Positions 37,827 through 52,304 of a DNA stretch of 64,000 nt are shown here, one piece after another. The position numbers and the translations under genes are program-made. The stretch's first letter is position 1. Each line of letters begins with the position of its first letter. The stretch lies in contig CM052832.1 of the NCBI GenBank assembly GCA_028534125.1, positions 23,252,001-23,316,000 of the forward strand, read 5' to 3'. Below the pieces are notes generated by a model, which saw only the letters and a list, made by a program, of their open reading frames with translations, ran no database searches and was not told the DNA's origin. This stretch comes from Lama glama (lineage: Eukaryota).

Positions 37827-40800
37827 CTCTGAACAAGCCACATGAGAAACCAAAGTGTCAGGTTTACTGATGAGTTGAATGTCAATTAGATCACAGGAGA
37901 GGCTGACCACTCAACTGTTAATGCCATCAGGCTCTGGTTGCCTGAGACATCCATCTCCAGAGCAGAGAGAAACCCACTACTAGCACTTGGTGGTGCACCA
38001 TCCTTGGCAGCTCACCCATTTCTCTGGTTGGGGCTCGCATGCGTACTGCCAATGTGCAGCTTTAGAGAGTCCTCTTATCTATGCTCCCACGCTTAATCTC
38101 CTCCCACCTCCCACCAACAGATTATTTATATACACAAATAAAATGCCTTCAATTAGTTTATGAGCTGGTTTTGCAGACTGAGGAGTCGTTCCCTCCAAGG
38201 CGACCTGATAAATCTCTGCACAGACCATATAAATTTCCTAGATTTGCTCTCTGAAGAAACTGTTTCCCTTAGTCTTAAAGGAAAAGGGGAAACCCTGCAC
38301 TTACACTGTTGCCATAGGGGAAAGGGCTCATTTCTCAACTATTTACAGAACCCCACTGAGTGCCAAGCACGTGTTAGGCATTGGGGCTGCAGTGCTGAAC
38401 AAAAACACACGAGACTCCAGCCCTTGTGCAAGGTTGCCATCTGAACGAAGGGACGGGCTTTCTGTCTTCAGAACAGCTACACGGAACTTCTAATCTTACA
38501 AAGCTCTACCTTCTCCTTTCAATCAGCTCCCACTTTTTCAGAGCCTTTGTTTTGCAGCCTTGAGAACACAGGCACCCCACACTGAAATGCAACCTGCTCA
38601 GCCAGTTGACTGCGTTCTATCTAACTCTCCCCTGGTTTCAACATCTGACCTGTTATGTTCAAGGGGAGGTGCAAAAATCCAAAAATAACTCTCATAAACT
38701 TCTGCCACGTCGAATCAAAGCATAGTGAAAATCAGATGACCCTCTAGACACCCCATACCAATCAAAGGACAGCAATGAACTTACAAACACTACATGCATA
38801 AGCATGTTTCTAACAGACTGGTTTAGCAGGACAGGAAATAATGATTCCATTTTGCTCATTCAGCCATTTCCACAGGTGCCTACTAAGGGAAAACACCATT
38901 CGGTGGGTAGTTCTCAGTCTAGCATGCAGAAGAATCATCTGGAAAGTGTTTCCAGGGTCTCAGTCTCCCTACCCACCCTCACCCCAGCCCACCCCACTAC
39001 TACCAGAGAGTCCAAATTAGCCGACTGGAGTTTATAAATCTGTATTTTTAACATGTAGTCCAACTGATTCTGAGAAATACTGACTTAAGTCTGATTTTCA
39101 CTCTATATTTTAGTGGTTTTCAACTCTGGCTCACATTAGATTTTTCGAGAATCTTTAAAAAAGAAGTCCTCATTGCCTGTACACGGTACACCAAGACCCC
39201 AAAATTATCAAATCAGAACGTCCAGTGCATGAGACCCAGGCATCAGTGCTGCTTCAAGCCTTCCAGGTGCTTGAGTGTTTGGTGTTTCCAGGTGGTACTA
39301 TTTGTCTGGGTTGTTAAACATCAGATTCCAAGGCCCTCCCTGAAGAGTCTGATTCACTAGGTCTGTCTGGGGCAAGGCCCTTACAGTCTGTCTCACAAGG
39401 GCCCCAGGTGATTCTTACCATGGGGTTTGAGAAATATGCCTATCTTGCTCAGCCGAGTCATAAACTCCCATTCCCAGCAAAGCTGCTCCAACGGACCTTT
39501 TGACCTCAGTTTTGGAAGCCCTATTCTGTGCAGTCAACTCCAGTCTAACTTGGGTTTTCACAAAGAGAGAGAGGGAACTGGTCTGACTCTATGCTACATA
39601 GCAATGAAATCCATTGCTTTATATGGCAGTGATCACTGTAGCCTCACTTCTGTTTCTAACATAACAAATTATTTCTCCCACTCAGCCCTATGTCCGTGGT
39701 CTTACCAGCACCTAACATATTAACTCACTCAATCTTCACAACAATGTTACGAATAGGAACTCTTCTTTGTGCTAACTCTACCGATAAGGAACCTGAGGCA
39801 CAGAGGTTAAACAAATTGCCTGTTACCCAAAGTCACCTAGAGGATGAATTTGAACCCAAACTTGGGAAACCAACACCCACACTGTAACGGCGCTCACCAA
39901 ACAAAAGTTGAAGAGCCTGCCTACACCTGGCTCGCTGCCAGAAAAAGAACGCAGGATCAAGGAAGCTAATGTTCACTGAATCCCCACTACAGACCAGAAG
40001 TTTTATGTATATTATTTCATCGAATCCAAGAGTCAGATATAATCCCTATTGTCATAGACACACCCTCCTGCCTTACTGTGATGGGAAGAGGTAACAGTTG
40101 TAAAGTATTATGCAAAAAACAAAGCAGCCAAAGAAACGTTCCAAGTAGGTTTGGCAAGCTGGATACTGAAGACTTAGCTGTGAGCTCAGCGTGTTGGGGC
40201 AAAAGGAGGCTGAGTGGAGAGTCACTGCGGCTGCCGGTGGGAGGGTTCTTGAAGGAGGTGGAGCTGTGGAGATCTCCGACTCGGAGACAGGAAAGGGCTT
40301 CCTAAGGTCTCCAGAAGGGACAGGAGTCTCCTTCAGACTTACTGCTTCTCACAGCAAATCTTAATAAGTCAGGACAAATGGTGAAGGTCCACTCACTTGG
40401 AGGAATGATCTGACAGAAGCTGCCTTCAAAGATAAGTGGATGTCTCCAGCTCCTGTGTAGGGCAATGCAAGAGCGATGCTTGTGGTCCTGTGTCTGGTTT
40501 TTCCCTGAGGAGTGGCACAGGATGGAGAAAAGGGCTTTAAATCCAATGCCCAGAACTCCATGACACTTTAGCCTTTGGCAAGTGGCTAAGAGAGACTGCC
40601 TGTGTCTTTAGGGAAAAGTGGTGAGGCTGCTATGTGCCACCTTCTTCCCATCTCCGTTTAGGGACACCACGCACTGCCAGTGCCAAGTCAAGCACCTGTC
40701 TAGGAAGACCCACAAGGAAATTTGCGGGGCTCCAGGGTTCCAGAGGTCCAGTGCTATTTACTAGGTCACAGGGCACAGAGCACTGAGGCCCCAGCAGAAC

Positions 40801-42289
40801 TGGAGTCTACACTGGACAGCTGGCCAGAAAGGATCTAAGAGAAACCAGGGACTAGCGACACAGAATAGCCCCAGCAAGGTTGGAAAGGGAAGGTCTAGGC
40901 TGGCTTTAAAAAATGATTGCAGGATAAACATTCAGGAGTAACAGCTCTGATCCTACAATATGAGCAGTCTGGTCTTTTCTTGTGGGCTGAGGACCTTTCT
41001 GAGCCCAAAGGCATTAACTGGAACTGAACAGTAGGCAAAGCCCCGCAGGCGGACATCTCTCAACGGAAGCAGGGATGGAAATGCTAGGATTTCCAGGAGA
41101 GCTGTGCTCCCATTCAAGTCCAAGAGCGGGTGAGTTAGGTATGTGAGAGTGAATGAATCACAGGACTGAGGAGGACAGATAAGGAAGCAAAGTGTATTAA
41201 AGCCTAAAAGAAGGGCCAGGGATCAGAAGGGACATTCTTCACTGAAGCCAATAAATGATAAGAAAAAAAAAGAATAAGTAAATATTTAACATCATTCCAT
41301 ACTTCATTCCTTTTTTATTGAAGTCCCACCATGATTTATTAGCAAATTTGCAAAACAAGCATTACTTTTAAAAATGGGGGAGGTGGGGAAGGAGGAGGAA
41401 AGAAAAAAGAAAAAATGGCTGATTGAAGAGTTTGTTATTTTTCAAACCTTCCACTAGGTGCTTTATTCCTCCTGAGCAAAACGAATAAAGCAGGCGAACC
41501 AGAATCCATGGTTCAAGTTTTTTTCACTTCCTCCATCCAAGAAACAGTAGACGACAGCATTTAGAATTAAACCCTGTTTCAAGGCAGAGGCACTCACATG
41601 TCCCCCTTTAATATGTTCTGTTTCGAATCCATACCTATTGTTTTCCCTCTGTATATTATAGAGTCGTAATCTCCTTTATGTGCTCCCCTGGTGACTTTTC
41701 CAGCTGGCAAACAGTGCAATATCTGCTTGCAACTCACTGAACCTTCAAAGCAAGCAACCTCACCAAATATTTAGTACGTTCTAGGCATAACAAATGAAAG
41801 ACAAGCCTACTGTTTCTAAGAAGCATCTGATGTACATCCATGAGCAGCAAACCTGATGAATTCCCACCCCCCAAAGAAACCAACCTTTCCCCAAACTGGA
41901 CAAATCCCTATGAGAGCAAATGACACTGTATTTTACAGGCTCCTCTGTCTATGTCGCCCACTTATCTGTAACCATCACAGGGTGGGTATGTTGTCTAGTT
42001 TTTTCACCCACTGTGCCTAATACACTGCATAGAACATAACACATGCTCAGTAAACACTGGTTAGAAGAATGAAAGCTGCTCATGGTAAAAAATCAAAACT
42101 TTATGCATTTGTGAAATAACCTTGGCTAAACCCATTAAAAAGAAATAAAAGAAATGGATTTGACTAGGCTCTCAGGCAAACACGTACATGTCTTTCTATA
42201 GTGATGTTGATCTGGTATTTAATACTTTATTTGGTTGAAAAGAAAACACATAAGAAAGCCATCTCGATGACCCTCATCTAGGGAACCTG

Positions 42290-43060
42290 GAGCAGTGTGT
42301 TAGAATTCTGACTGAGCATCTCTGTGCCTTTACCCACTAGCCTGGTTTTCCAGGTCATTACTTGACCTTTCTAAAGACTCATTTTCCTCATCTGCATAAT
42401 AGGATTGTCCTATAAGAATATTCTGATGATAGCTAAGATTTATTCAATATTTACTATTAGCTGAAAATGGTGCTAAAGCATTTATACGTATATAATATTT
42501 TCTATATTCATATGTTATGTAAACATACAATTTCACTGAATTCTCACAACAACCCTATGGCTATTCCCTCCATCCTACAGATGACAGAATGGAGGCATTT
42601 AGACATTTACCTAATGGGCCCAGGTTACACTGGGTGGCGAGCACCAGCACCAGGACTGAAACGCACAATCTGGCTCCAAAGCTGGTACCCCCAGCCTCGG
42701 CTATGTTTGCATCTATGGGCTGAGATTGTCTCTAGGCCCAGAAAAAAGTGGCAACATTCATTCTTTGGGGTTCCTCTTCTGAAAACATTTCAAACATGTG
42801 TTACAGCAGACTGGCTGATTTGAACTGAGCTGGTGAAGTGGAAAGACCAGGGAGGTCAAATTCAGACTATGGGTTTCCATGCCAACATGGCCAGCAAGAT
42901 ATTTAACCTCCCTACACCTAAGTTTCCTAATCTACAAAAAGCTGATAATTATTACCCTTGCTTAACTTTATAAACTTGTTACGAGATGTATATTGGTTTC
43001 AGTGAGGGTTAAATGAGTTTAAATACAAGTAAAGCACTTGGTAAATCGTTGAAATGTAGT
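42290..43060. mobile_element. Cluster of three MIR fragments; other MIRs at ~18280, 20160, 29900, 32500, 39700, 44500, 48600, 53850 and 61690
   Basis: Recurrent MIR core CTCA(G/T)TTTCCTCATCTG(T/C)A and its reverse complement. Confidence 0.6.
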
Positions 43061-45725
43061 TTATATGCTAACTAAATATAAAGGAAGGAGTACCATAATA
43101 GATGTTTCTCTCAAAGTTACCATTAAAATATCTAGTAGAAATTAAGCGAAATGTAAAGAATAGAAGAGAAAGTCAAATTTGGTGGAAAGTATGAACTTGA
43201 AATGTCACTTAAAAAATTCATGCCCGGTTACTTGAACTTTGCATTTTTAAGCTTTATGAAGCAAGTTTGTAACAAAATCTACAGAAAATAATGTGGTGAA
43301 GCTGCCAGTGGGCACAGTTTAAGAATTCCAGAGGGAAGAAAAGTTTTTAACATAGCACGTACTATCAGAGCCAAGCAAAGAAAACTCGAAACAAGCATCT
43401 ACTTAGCCTCAAAGAAGCGGCAGTGACTTGCTGGTCGATAAGAAAAACCAACAAAAAAAGAGTGCAAAGTCAGGATTCTCTCGCTGCCTTTTTTTTCTCA
43501 TTTATAAATGTTTCAACTCCTTCTTTTCCTGGAATATTAAAATTATACAATCTTCTGGAGGGCCAGTCAACCTTCATTTAAAGGTTACAGAATGACTGAC
43601 AGATGTTCAACAGTCATTCAATCTTTATAATTTGCATTACAAATCACAGCATGCGAGAGCAGAAGAGGTCTGAGTGCCCAGTCCAACTGCCTCATTTTAT
43701 AGAGAAAGAAACTGACACACAGGCAGATTGAATAGCTTTCCCAGCTCTCATAATCATTCATTTAAAATGGACACCGGAGTGTGTTTTATGTAGTATGAAA
43801 ATTACTTTTTTAAGGAAAAAATAATTTTCCTCCTTAGCCCAAAGGAATTAAATATATTGGATTAATAGGTTAAACAACCAGCCCAGATTACCTCCTCAGG
43901 ATCAGAAGCTTCTAAAGCTCCTTAATATTTCAATAGGGGTTTTTCATACAAAGGAAAGTAACAGCCTTTTTTCTCCCTCCCAAGTTGAAAATCCTGTGGC
44001 TTCTAATTTTAGCATATATTCAAGTTATAATTGTTTGCCTCTCCTGGGGTAGTCCCAAGACCATATATATGTAAATACGAGGCTCACCCAAAATAATATT
44101 TTCTTACCTTTATTGGGACTATCTATAAAACCACCCTCATCTTTAAGAGGCAAACTTTGACCCTCTTTTGGAGAGAAGCTATTGCCTTCACCCGAATGAA
44201 TCATCACCTTTAAATTATTCAGTGATCAGCATCATATATGCTGGAAGAGACGCCAATAAAATGCAAAGGGAGATGATTTTAAGATAATAAAACAACCTAC
44301 ACGAAGTAAATAATAAAACTAACATCCAGACTATGAATTCCCAAGTGTTTGGGTGCAATTTACTATCAAAAAAGTTTTACTAGTAACTCCAAGGAAAACC
44401 AGAGCTTTCTATCAGCTACCCAGACAGAAACTCACACAAAGGATGAAACTTCAGAGAGGCCTAAAATGGCCCAAAATATCACAATTACACATGCCAATCA
44501 ACAGAGCTCACTTTGTGCTAAGCATTCTGTCGTCTGTTATCCCACCTGATTCAAACAATAACCCTGCCAATTGGAAATATCTCCCTCATTTTTGAGACGA
44601 GAAAACTAAGTCTCAGAGAGGTCAGTCATTTGCCCAAGATGACCTAGCTAATAGGTTAAGGAACCAAGATTCATACCCTGATCTTTCTAATGCTGATGCC
44701 AGAATTCCTTCTCCTGAATGCCACGTGACTTCTCCCCCACTAGCCAGAAATCTGAACCACTGATGGCTCTCCTTAAACTGATTCACGGAATGTCTGTTTT
44801 ATCTGAGATAATGACACATTCTTTAGTTAATATATTCACACAAATGAGCATCTCTGATTAGCAATCACTGTCATCTAACAGAAAGTAGACTCTGTGGGAA
44901 GAGGCCAAAGGACAGGGAGGTTTCACCTTTCCCAACAAAGCAGGGAAAATTAAAGGACTGGGGGGCTGGCTGGCCTCTGACAGTGTGAGAGTGATATCCA
45001 GAGAGCAGGTCACCCCATCACGTGCTTCGTATTTTGAACCAACAGAATAAAATACAAAGAAGTTCTATCCAAACCATTCTATCAAAAGAGCTCTTCTGAA
45101 AATGCATTTGGGAAAACTCACAAGTTAATATACAGAAGTCTGTGGCTAGGAAACGATTCAAAGAACTTGGTGATGTTATTCCTTAAGAAGAGTTAGGGAG
45201 CATTAAGGAATTAATTGCTGGTTGATTTTTAACACTGGGTCTGTGGAGCTCAGTCATTTAGCCGATACAGTCAAGCACGCGTTATGTGCTGCTCCCAGAT
45301 GTGATTTCCATCTACCGTGTCCCCAGGCAACACGAGGGAAGCCAGAAACATCTTATCTTTGGCCTGAGTGGTTCATGGACTGTCTGTGGCAGGGAGCTTT
45401 CTGCTGTTTTGATTCTAGCTGGGTAAGAAGTTGGCCTATGACTTCAGAGTTGCAGGAAGCAGATTTTTTGGACTAGGGAGGACCCATGAGACTGGAACAA
45501 AGTTTTTTAGGGCTGAAAGAAGCTATGCCTCCCTTAATCAGAGCGATGAGTAGGGAGAGTGGGTAAAGCACCTACTCTTTTCCGATCCAAATACAGAATA
45601 TTCCTTTGCAAATGCTTCTTGCTTTCTCTTTAAGAGTAAAAAGGAAAAATAAAATAAAGGTAAATAAGATGTAAGCATGCTGGAAAGAAAATGGATAACT
45701 TGTATGTTCCAAAGAATACGTTTTA

Positions 45726-45822
45726 TTTTTATTTTTTATTTTTAATGGAGGTACTGGGGATTGAACCCAGGATCTTGTGCATGCTAAGCATGAGCTCTAC
45801 CACTGAGCTATACCCTCCCTCT
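45726..45822 (-). mobile_element. Camelid tRNA-derived SINE (short form)
   Basis: Same consensus. TSD AAGAATACGTTTTA / AAGAATATGTTTTA (45712-45725 and 45823-45836). Confidence 0.92.
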
Positions 45823-46789
45823 AAGAATATGTTTTAAATATCTCTGTTTTCCGCAGATTCTGATTACATACAGGCTTTTCAGGGATATGTCATGATATAA
45901 AAGCAGGAGAGCTGGATATACTTTTTTTTTGACTAAGTATGAAGTACAAAGAGAGTTATCATAGATGATTAAAAAAAACTATGTGAAAATTATCCCAGAA
46001 GATATACCATTCCTTGCAAGTTCAATCTAACACCACCCTTCTCTATACAACACAACTATCTTTTGAGCTATAATTATAAAAGGAAACAGTGGCCAGAAGA
46101 GGGGCATAGGCAGGGACACTTTTATTTTATTGAACTAAATATGTATCTGTAATCATGCCAATAAAAAAGAATAAGAAATTGCCATTCAAAAAAAGGGAGG
46201 AGGTGATGAATTAAATATCCTGTAATTACTTTAATATACTTTTTAGAATAAAGAGGGAAAAACTTATCTACATATTGGTCCATCTTTATATATGATTAAT
46301 GAATGTGAATTTCTCTACATATAAAAATACTACAATAACTGAATAAGCAAATGTCAATAAAAATAAAATGTCTGAAAAAGTTACAGTTTTGGTAAACTAC
46401 TAAATCATATTGATGTGATATTGTATCTTCTTGTTCCTTCTTTAGTTTTAAAACAAAGAAGAATTTTTTTAAATGAATTTTAATTTTAACGATATTATTC
46501 ATATTCAACAAAATGTGTCATGTGGAAACTAAAACTCAACAAATAAAAATGGTGTCCCTCGCAATTTGTACTGTTTCAAGATTTAAACACAAATAAATCT
46601 TCAAATGGTCACGAAGAGTGACAGAACTGAAGAAGATTTCTTCATCTGTGCCATCATTGTGCTAAGACTGTTGATTTCAAATCTATAGTTTAAGCACAGA
46701 CATGTGCAGTATCGCAGAGGTCAGAGACCTGAACTACACTTGAACTAAGCTCACACAGTTCTGAATTTGGGGGAACTTATTCTCAAAGT

Positions 46790-47075
46790 GAATGTGTGTG
46801 GATCACTCATATCGGGAGAAGCCAAATGCCATGATGAACAACCCCACTGGAGAGGCCCAACTAGTGGGGAACTGAAACCTCCAACCAACAGCCAGTGGGG
46901 AACTGAAGACTAAGCTGGAAGCAGATCTTACCCCCGGGCAAGCCTTCAGACAGTGCAGCTGCAGCCAACATCTTCACTGCAATCTCACAAAAGATGTTGA
47001 ACCAGAATCATGAACCTAAGCCACTCTTGGACACTGACCCTCAGAAACCAGGTAAGAAACAGTCATTATTTAAAA
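46790..47075 (+). mobile_element. MaLR LTR fragment (MLT1F-like)
   Basis: GGGAGAAGCC...GCCATG...GGAGAGGCCCA...GGAAGCAGATC...AAGCCTTCAGA. Confidence 0.65.
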
Positions 47076-49346
47076 AAAAAAAAAAAGCATGTAGCTCAGC
47101 GTTTAAGTAGGGGTTCTCCAAATTAACTTCCACATAGAAGTAGTGTGTATTAAAGCATAAGTAATACAAATGTGCTAAGTTTGTATCATTAAAACAACAA
47201 TAACCACAGACACTGTTTAGAACTTAGGCCACAAAAGTTTTTTTCAGGGAAGAGTATTTTATCACTGACATTTGTTTAGGGTTGTTCTTCCACGGTGATA
47301 CTAAAAAGCAAACCAACTTTTAGTGGGTTTCATTACTGTTTTACAATTATACACAGACAACGCACCCCTCATTGCATCCCCCCAAATAGCAGGTCACTCC
47401 TACTGTGTGCCACCCTTGCTGGGTCATGGCCGGGGGGGGGGGGGGAAGAGTTTTAAGTCAATTCTTGAATAAGATAAAAAAATACAGACTCACTAAACAG
47501 AGAGTGAAGAATTACAGCAGGTGGAAGAACATAGATTTAAATTACATCTCTCAAGAATACCCAATTACCACAAAGGAATCTACTCTTAAAATACAATCTA
47601 AATAACAGATGTGGCAACTACATAAGGAGTTGTGCATCAAAATGGCTCAAACATAGACTTTTTTTCATATTTAAAGATATAACTGTCAGTGGAATAACTT
47701 AGTCCCATTTTCTTGGAAAGAATCCTGATAGACAAGAGTAAAAACCTGGGCCTCCACAGAGGCCACAAAGAAAGAGATAGCCCTCAGGGCAGGTTAAAAA
47801 CAAGTATTAAATCCATTTAGGCAGCCTCCCCAGGAAAATCACGGCTTCTGAGCGCAAGCTCTGAGCTTGTACCTGAGCCCTTATTCCCAACTGTGCCATT
47901 GGTCATCTTTTCTTAATGCCAGTAGACTGAACCACCTGGCTGTTCATATTCCCAAAGAAGAACCAATCCACTGTAAAGCTCCTAGGAACCTGACATCTGC
48001 CAGGGTTCTGGAATCCAAAACAGGGATGTAAAAAAGGAGACACCTCGCAGGCTTAACCAGCAGTCTTGTGAGCCCCAAATATTTCACATGGCCCTGTTTT
48101 CTATACAGGTATTTGATTTAATTACATTCAATGCATTTCATTCCAAGTAACAGTTACCTCTATGCCAGGTCCTTGCTACATAGTGTTGGGGGTAGTGGGT
48201 AGGGGGCATGGGAGTAAATATGAGTAAAATCACCCCTATTTCAAAATCCTCACAGTCCAAAAGAGGAGATTACAGAAACTCTGAGATAAAGGTAACGGTA
48301 TACAAGTGGCCCTGGCACAAAGGAAACAGAAGGAAAAGGGATTGTCATCTGAAGGATCGGGAAGGTGAGAGAGCTGAATTTTAAGGACAAACAGTAGTTT
48401 ATCAGGCAGGAGGCAAGCAAACTGCCTCCAGTGTATCAGTACCAGTGAATGTCACATCCAATTACCTTGTCCATGAATACCTTTAACACTGAAAGCAATA
48501 TCCATCATTCTTATTTCAACCAGATGGCCGCAAAGAAATTTGCAATGTCTCTTTTTCTCTGTACACACGACAAGATATTAATGAATCAACGCTCCATTTA
48601 CTGGGCACTTTCCTTGCGCTGGACATCACAGTAGATATGTTAGCCCCACAATACCCTTTAAACATTCTATATTATTCACTGTACAGATGAAAACCCTTTA
48701 GACAGACAGACCAAGGTCACCTGGCTAGTCAATGGCTGAGCCAGACTGTGAACCAGGTTTTATCTAAGGCCAATGGTTCTGGTCTTGATCCCCACCCCAA
48801 ATTTCCTCTTTATAAACCATCCACAGATCTAAACCAATCCCTTGTTTATCTATTTAGTAAAAACCTCCACGCTGACATAGCTGTGTTCTCATCTTTCATG
48901 CTATGGGACTAGAGCTAACAGTTTCCTCCTCACAATTGCTTAGTGATTTGGTCTGGTTTGGTCTGATTTGGTCTTACTGACCAAATCACAAAGCAAGTGT
49001 AGAAGTTACATGAGGAAGTGGAAGGATGTTTCCTTTACAGGACAATGAGCTGTGGTGGAGCTTCTGTGGCTTGGGGAGTCCCTTCCAAAGCCTCAATTTT
49101 CTAAGCAGCAAAAGGAAGAGAAACTCTACGGCTGAAATGACTCAAGAAGGAACTTGAGATCATTTAATACCTCTGTGTGCTTCATCCCACTTCAGGTTTT
49201 CCTGACGAACACAGTATGAAAACACAACAGAACTAAATGGACCCAATGGACTGAACCCAAAGGAAATGTCTTTCCAAAGCTCAGAGGGCATCCAAATATT
49301 ACCAAATTTTTTTAAATGCTTGTCTGAATTAAAAATGGGAGTGAAA

Positions 49347-49421
49347 TGTATGTTCCTGTATGACTGAAGTATTGTGCTATACACCAGAAACTGACAATAC
49401 TTCAACAAAAAATTTATTTTT
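49347..49421 (+). mobile_element. Ultra-short L1 3' tip (75 nt)
   Basis: TGTATGACTGAAGTATTGTGCTATACACCAGAAA. TSD AAAAATGGGA(G/A)TGAAA (49331-49346 and 49422-49437). Confidence 0.85.
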
Positions 49422-50089
49422 AAAAATGGGAATGAAAGGGGGGAGGGGAGAGAGTCCATGTGAAAACAAAGACCCACTGAAATGCTAAGGGCAAAGACAG
49501 GGAATTCAACTTTGCCAACTCTTCCTCTGAGTTGATTAAGACTCACCCCTGGTTTCCCAGCCCTCATTCTATTACTTAAGAGTACATGGTGGTCCATTTA
49601 ATTTCTCCCCATCATCAGAAACAGCCCCTAAACAACTAAATCTAGGATCTTTGAATGCGGCATAATTTTCTTGCTTTTTAAGGAAATTATATCAAATTGT
49701 GGTTGGAGAAAAAAAGCTGACTAAGCATTCCTTTAAAAATTCAGAATAGTCTAAATTATGGGTTTGGACACATAAGAACAAGAACGTTTTGTTTTGTTTT
49801 AATCTGATTTTAAACTGAATTAGTTAAGGCTGCTACAAACATGAACTATGTAATTAAAGCAATCTACTCAGTTGATGTATCTATACTAAAGGAACACAGT
49901 CAGAGCGAAGGACAGAGACCTAAAAGCCTTTTTTTTTTTTCCTGCTTTCTCCACTAAAGTCATCTCTTTCTTTTGTTACAGAGAAAGGAAACACAAATAC
50001 TATATTGCATATTTAAGATGCAAAAAATATCTGACATTCAATAATTTTAAAATTCTGTCTCTTACAAAATACATATCATATCACTTCTT

Positions 50090-50229
50090 TAAAGAATGAA
50101 TTTTTTGTGGAGGAAGTAGGGTAGGTAATTAGGTTTATTGATTGATTTATTTTAACAGCGGTACTGGGGATTGAACCCAGGACCTCGTGCATGCTAAGCA
50201 CCTCTCCAACTGAGCTATACCCTCCCCCC
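50090..50229 (-). mobile_element. Camelid tRNA-derived SINE (Vic-1 type)
   Basis: Same consensus, flanked by the repeat TATCACTTCT. Confidence 0.9.
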
Positions 50230-52304
50230 AACATTTTATCACTTCTCATTAAGTAAACATATCATGTTTATTGGGGAGGGAAGACTCTTCTATAAAGGGT
50301 TACTAAATGTATTTACTTACCTTTCACACACACAAATGAATCACACTCACAATACATGTAATGGGAAGGGATTAATGCTGCCATAAGAATTCTCTTTTCA
50401 TGTCCCGATCATTCAAAATAATTTTTAAGCAATGATGTCTTTTGCTTATTAAACATTTATAAAAGCCATGCTTAATCAAATTACTATTCACACTTAAGTT
50501 TTAGGACTGAAAAGAATCTCAAAGCTTACTGAAAAGCAGGGAGGGGATACAAAAATCGAATTTACACAAGACAAAAGAGCCTTTTTATTAGGTCATACCA
50601 GCAGAAACAGGGCATAACTGAGCAAGTTCTAAAAAAAGGAAAGCCATGATGCTTGCAAGTTTGGACTTAGAAAGTCTCTCTGATACTCAACCAAGCATCA
50701 AGATAACACACGGGTATCACAGCTTCAAAATACAAAGAGGACGTATATTTTTTAAGTGATTTTGTTTAATGTTTTTCACTGAAATCGACACCCAAAAAGC
50801 AATGCCAAACACAAAAAAGTACACAGTGAATATAACTTTAGGGAACAAATAGCTAACTTGTTTAACAAGTAATCAGTTCTCAGAGTTGGTAAAAGACAGC
50901 CGGATCTAGTGACACATATTTAATCACTCAGGGAAGGTGATTAAAGTGAAAAGATTCCATTGGTACATTAAATATTCAAACGCAACACGGAGAACACAGC
51001 TCCTTCAGAACCTTAACAATGAATATAAACTTATTCCTTGTACAAATCATGTGTGAGACCGGGGCTTTATAACCCCAGCAGCAAGGCTGCTGTTCAGATC
51101 GAAAGACTGTTCTCGCTGGCTTAAAGAATGAGAAAAAGCTTAAGAAGGGAATTTTCAAGTGCGTGTAAAATGTGGTAAGGAACTGGAAGTTGGGACATGG
51201 AAAAACTGAAAGGAGTCAAGGTCATTCACTTACCAGTAAGTGATAGAAAAATAATCAACTCATTCAATGAAAACAGAATGTAGAATTAGGTCAGCAACAC
51301 AGACCCAGAAACCTCCTTCCTGTCTCCCCGCCCCGCCCAGATGACAGCCAGTGCTGGCTGCAGCCTCTTCACCACCCAATTCCAGGTTAAAAAGCCAGGA
51401 AAGAACAACAGTGGGGTGGAAAGAGGGGCCGCGAGAGTGGCAGCAAGTATGTAAACCTACGTGGCAGGCTTTTCAGAGTCGCAGCCAGGGGAACTGAGCC
51501 GGGAGCAACCGCTTGAGTACAGCTGAACAGAACATAAACGGTCCCCACAAAGAACTGCTTTGCATTGCCTGACCCAGAGTCAGCCTTCGAAACTCCTTCT
51601 GCATCTCCACCACCAGAGAATCTGCAGAGGAGGGAGAGAGGCTGCAAAATCCAGCTCTCCCCCTCCCTTTCAAGACTCCAGGTGGGCCAGCGAACTTAGA
51701 TGCTTCAAATGACAGCTGCTGGGGTGGGAGGGGGGGTTGCAAGAGAGGTGTCCCGTCTGGTCCTGGTTAAACTGGCCAGAGCAAGGCTGGCTCCTCCAGC
51801 CTTCTCCTCCCCACATGCCTGGAAGCTTCGATGGTGTCTGAATAAGGCTGCCATATATGTAACTCCAGAACTTCAGCCTCACTTGATTCTCTACTCCAAC
51901 TCCCTAATTCCTATTTGCTTAGTTTTGCAGAGGGTGCTGGAGAATCATCTGATGACACCAATTCACCTTAAAGTGTGAATAAGTACCAGGTCTTCTCCCT
52001 ATTCAACACTCCTTACTCTCTCTCACCGTTAAAATCAAGTCCATCCCTTGGTCCCTGTGTTTTAGAGAGAAGGAGCTGGGGTAGGTTGGGAGCAAGGGGT
52101 TGTTTGTCTTTCTGTTGCTCAACCAGTCCCACCATTCTCCAGCCTTGGGAAAAGGGAAGGAAGCAGCCAAGGGACAACTTGGAACTTCTTGAAGGGCAGG
52201 AGGACTGCACCCCTGCTCTGCCCCTTCCCACTGCCACCAGAGCAGGGCCAGCCCAGACCACCTCATGCCGCCTTCTCTTCCGTCTTCTCATTTTAACCAA
52301 GAAA

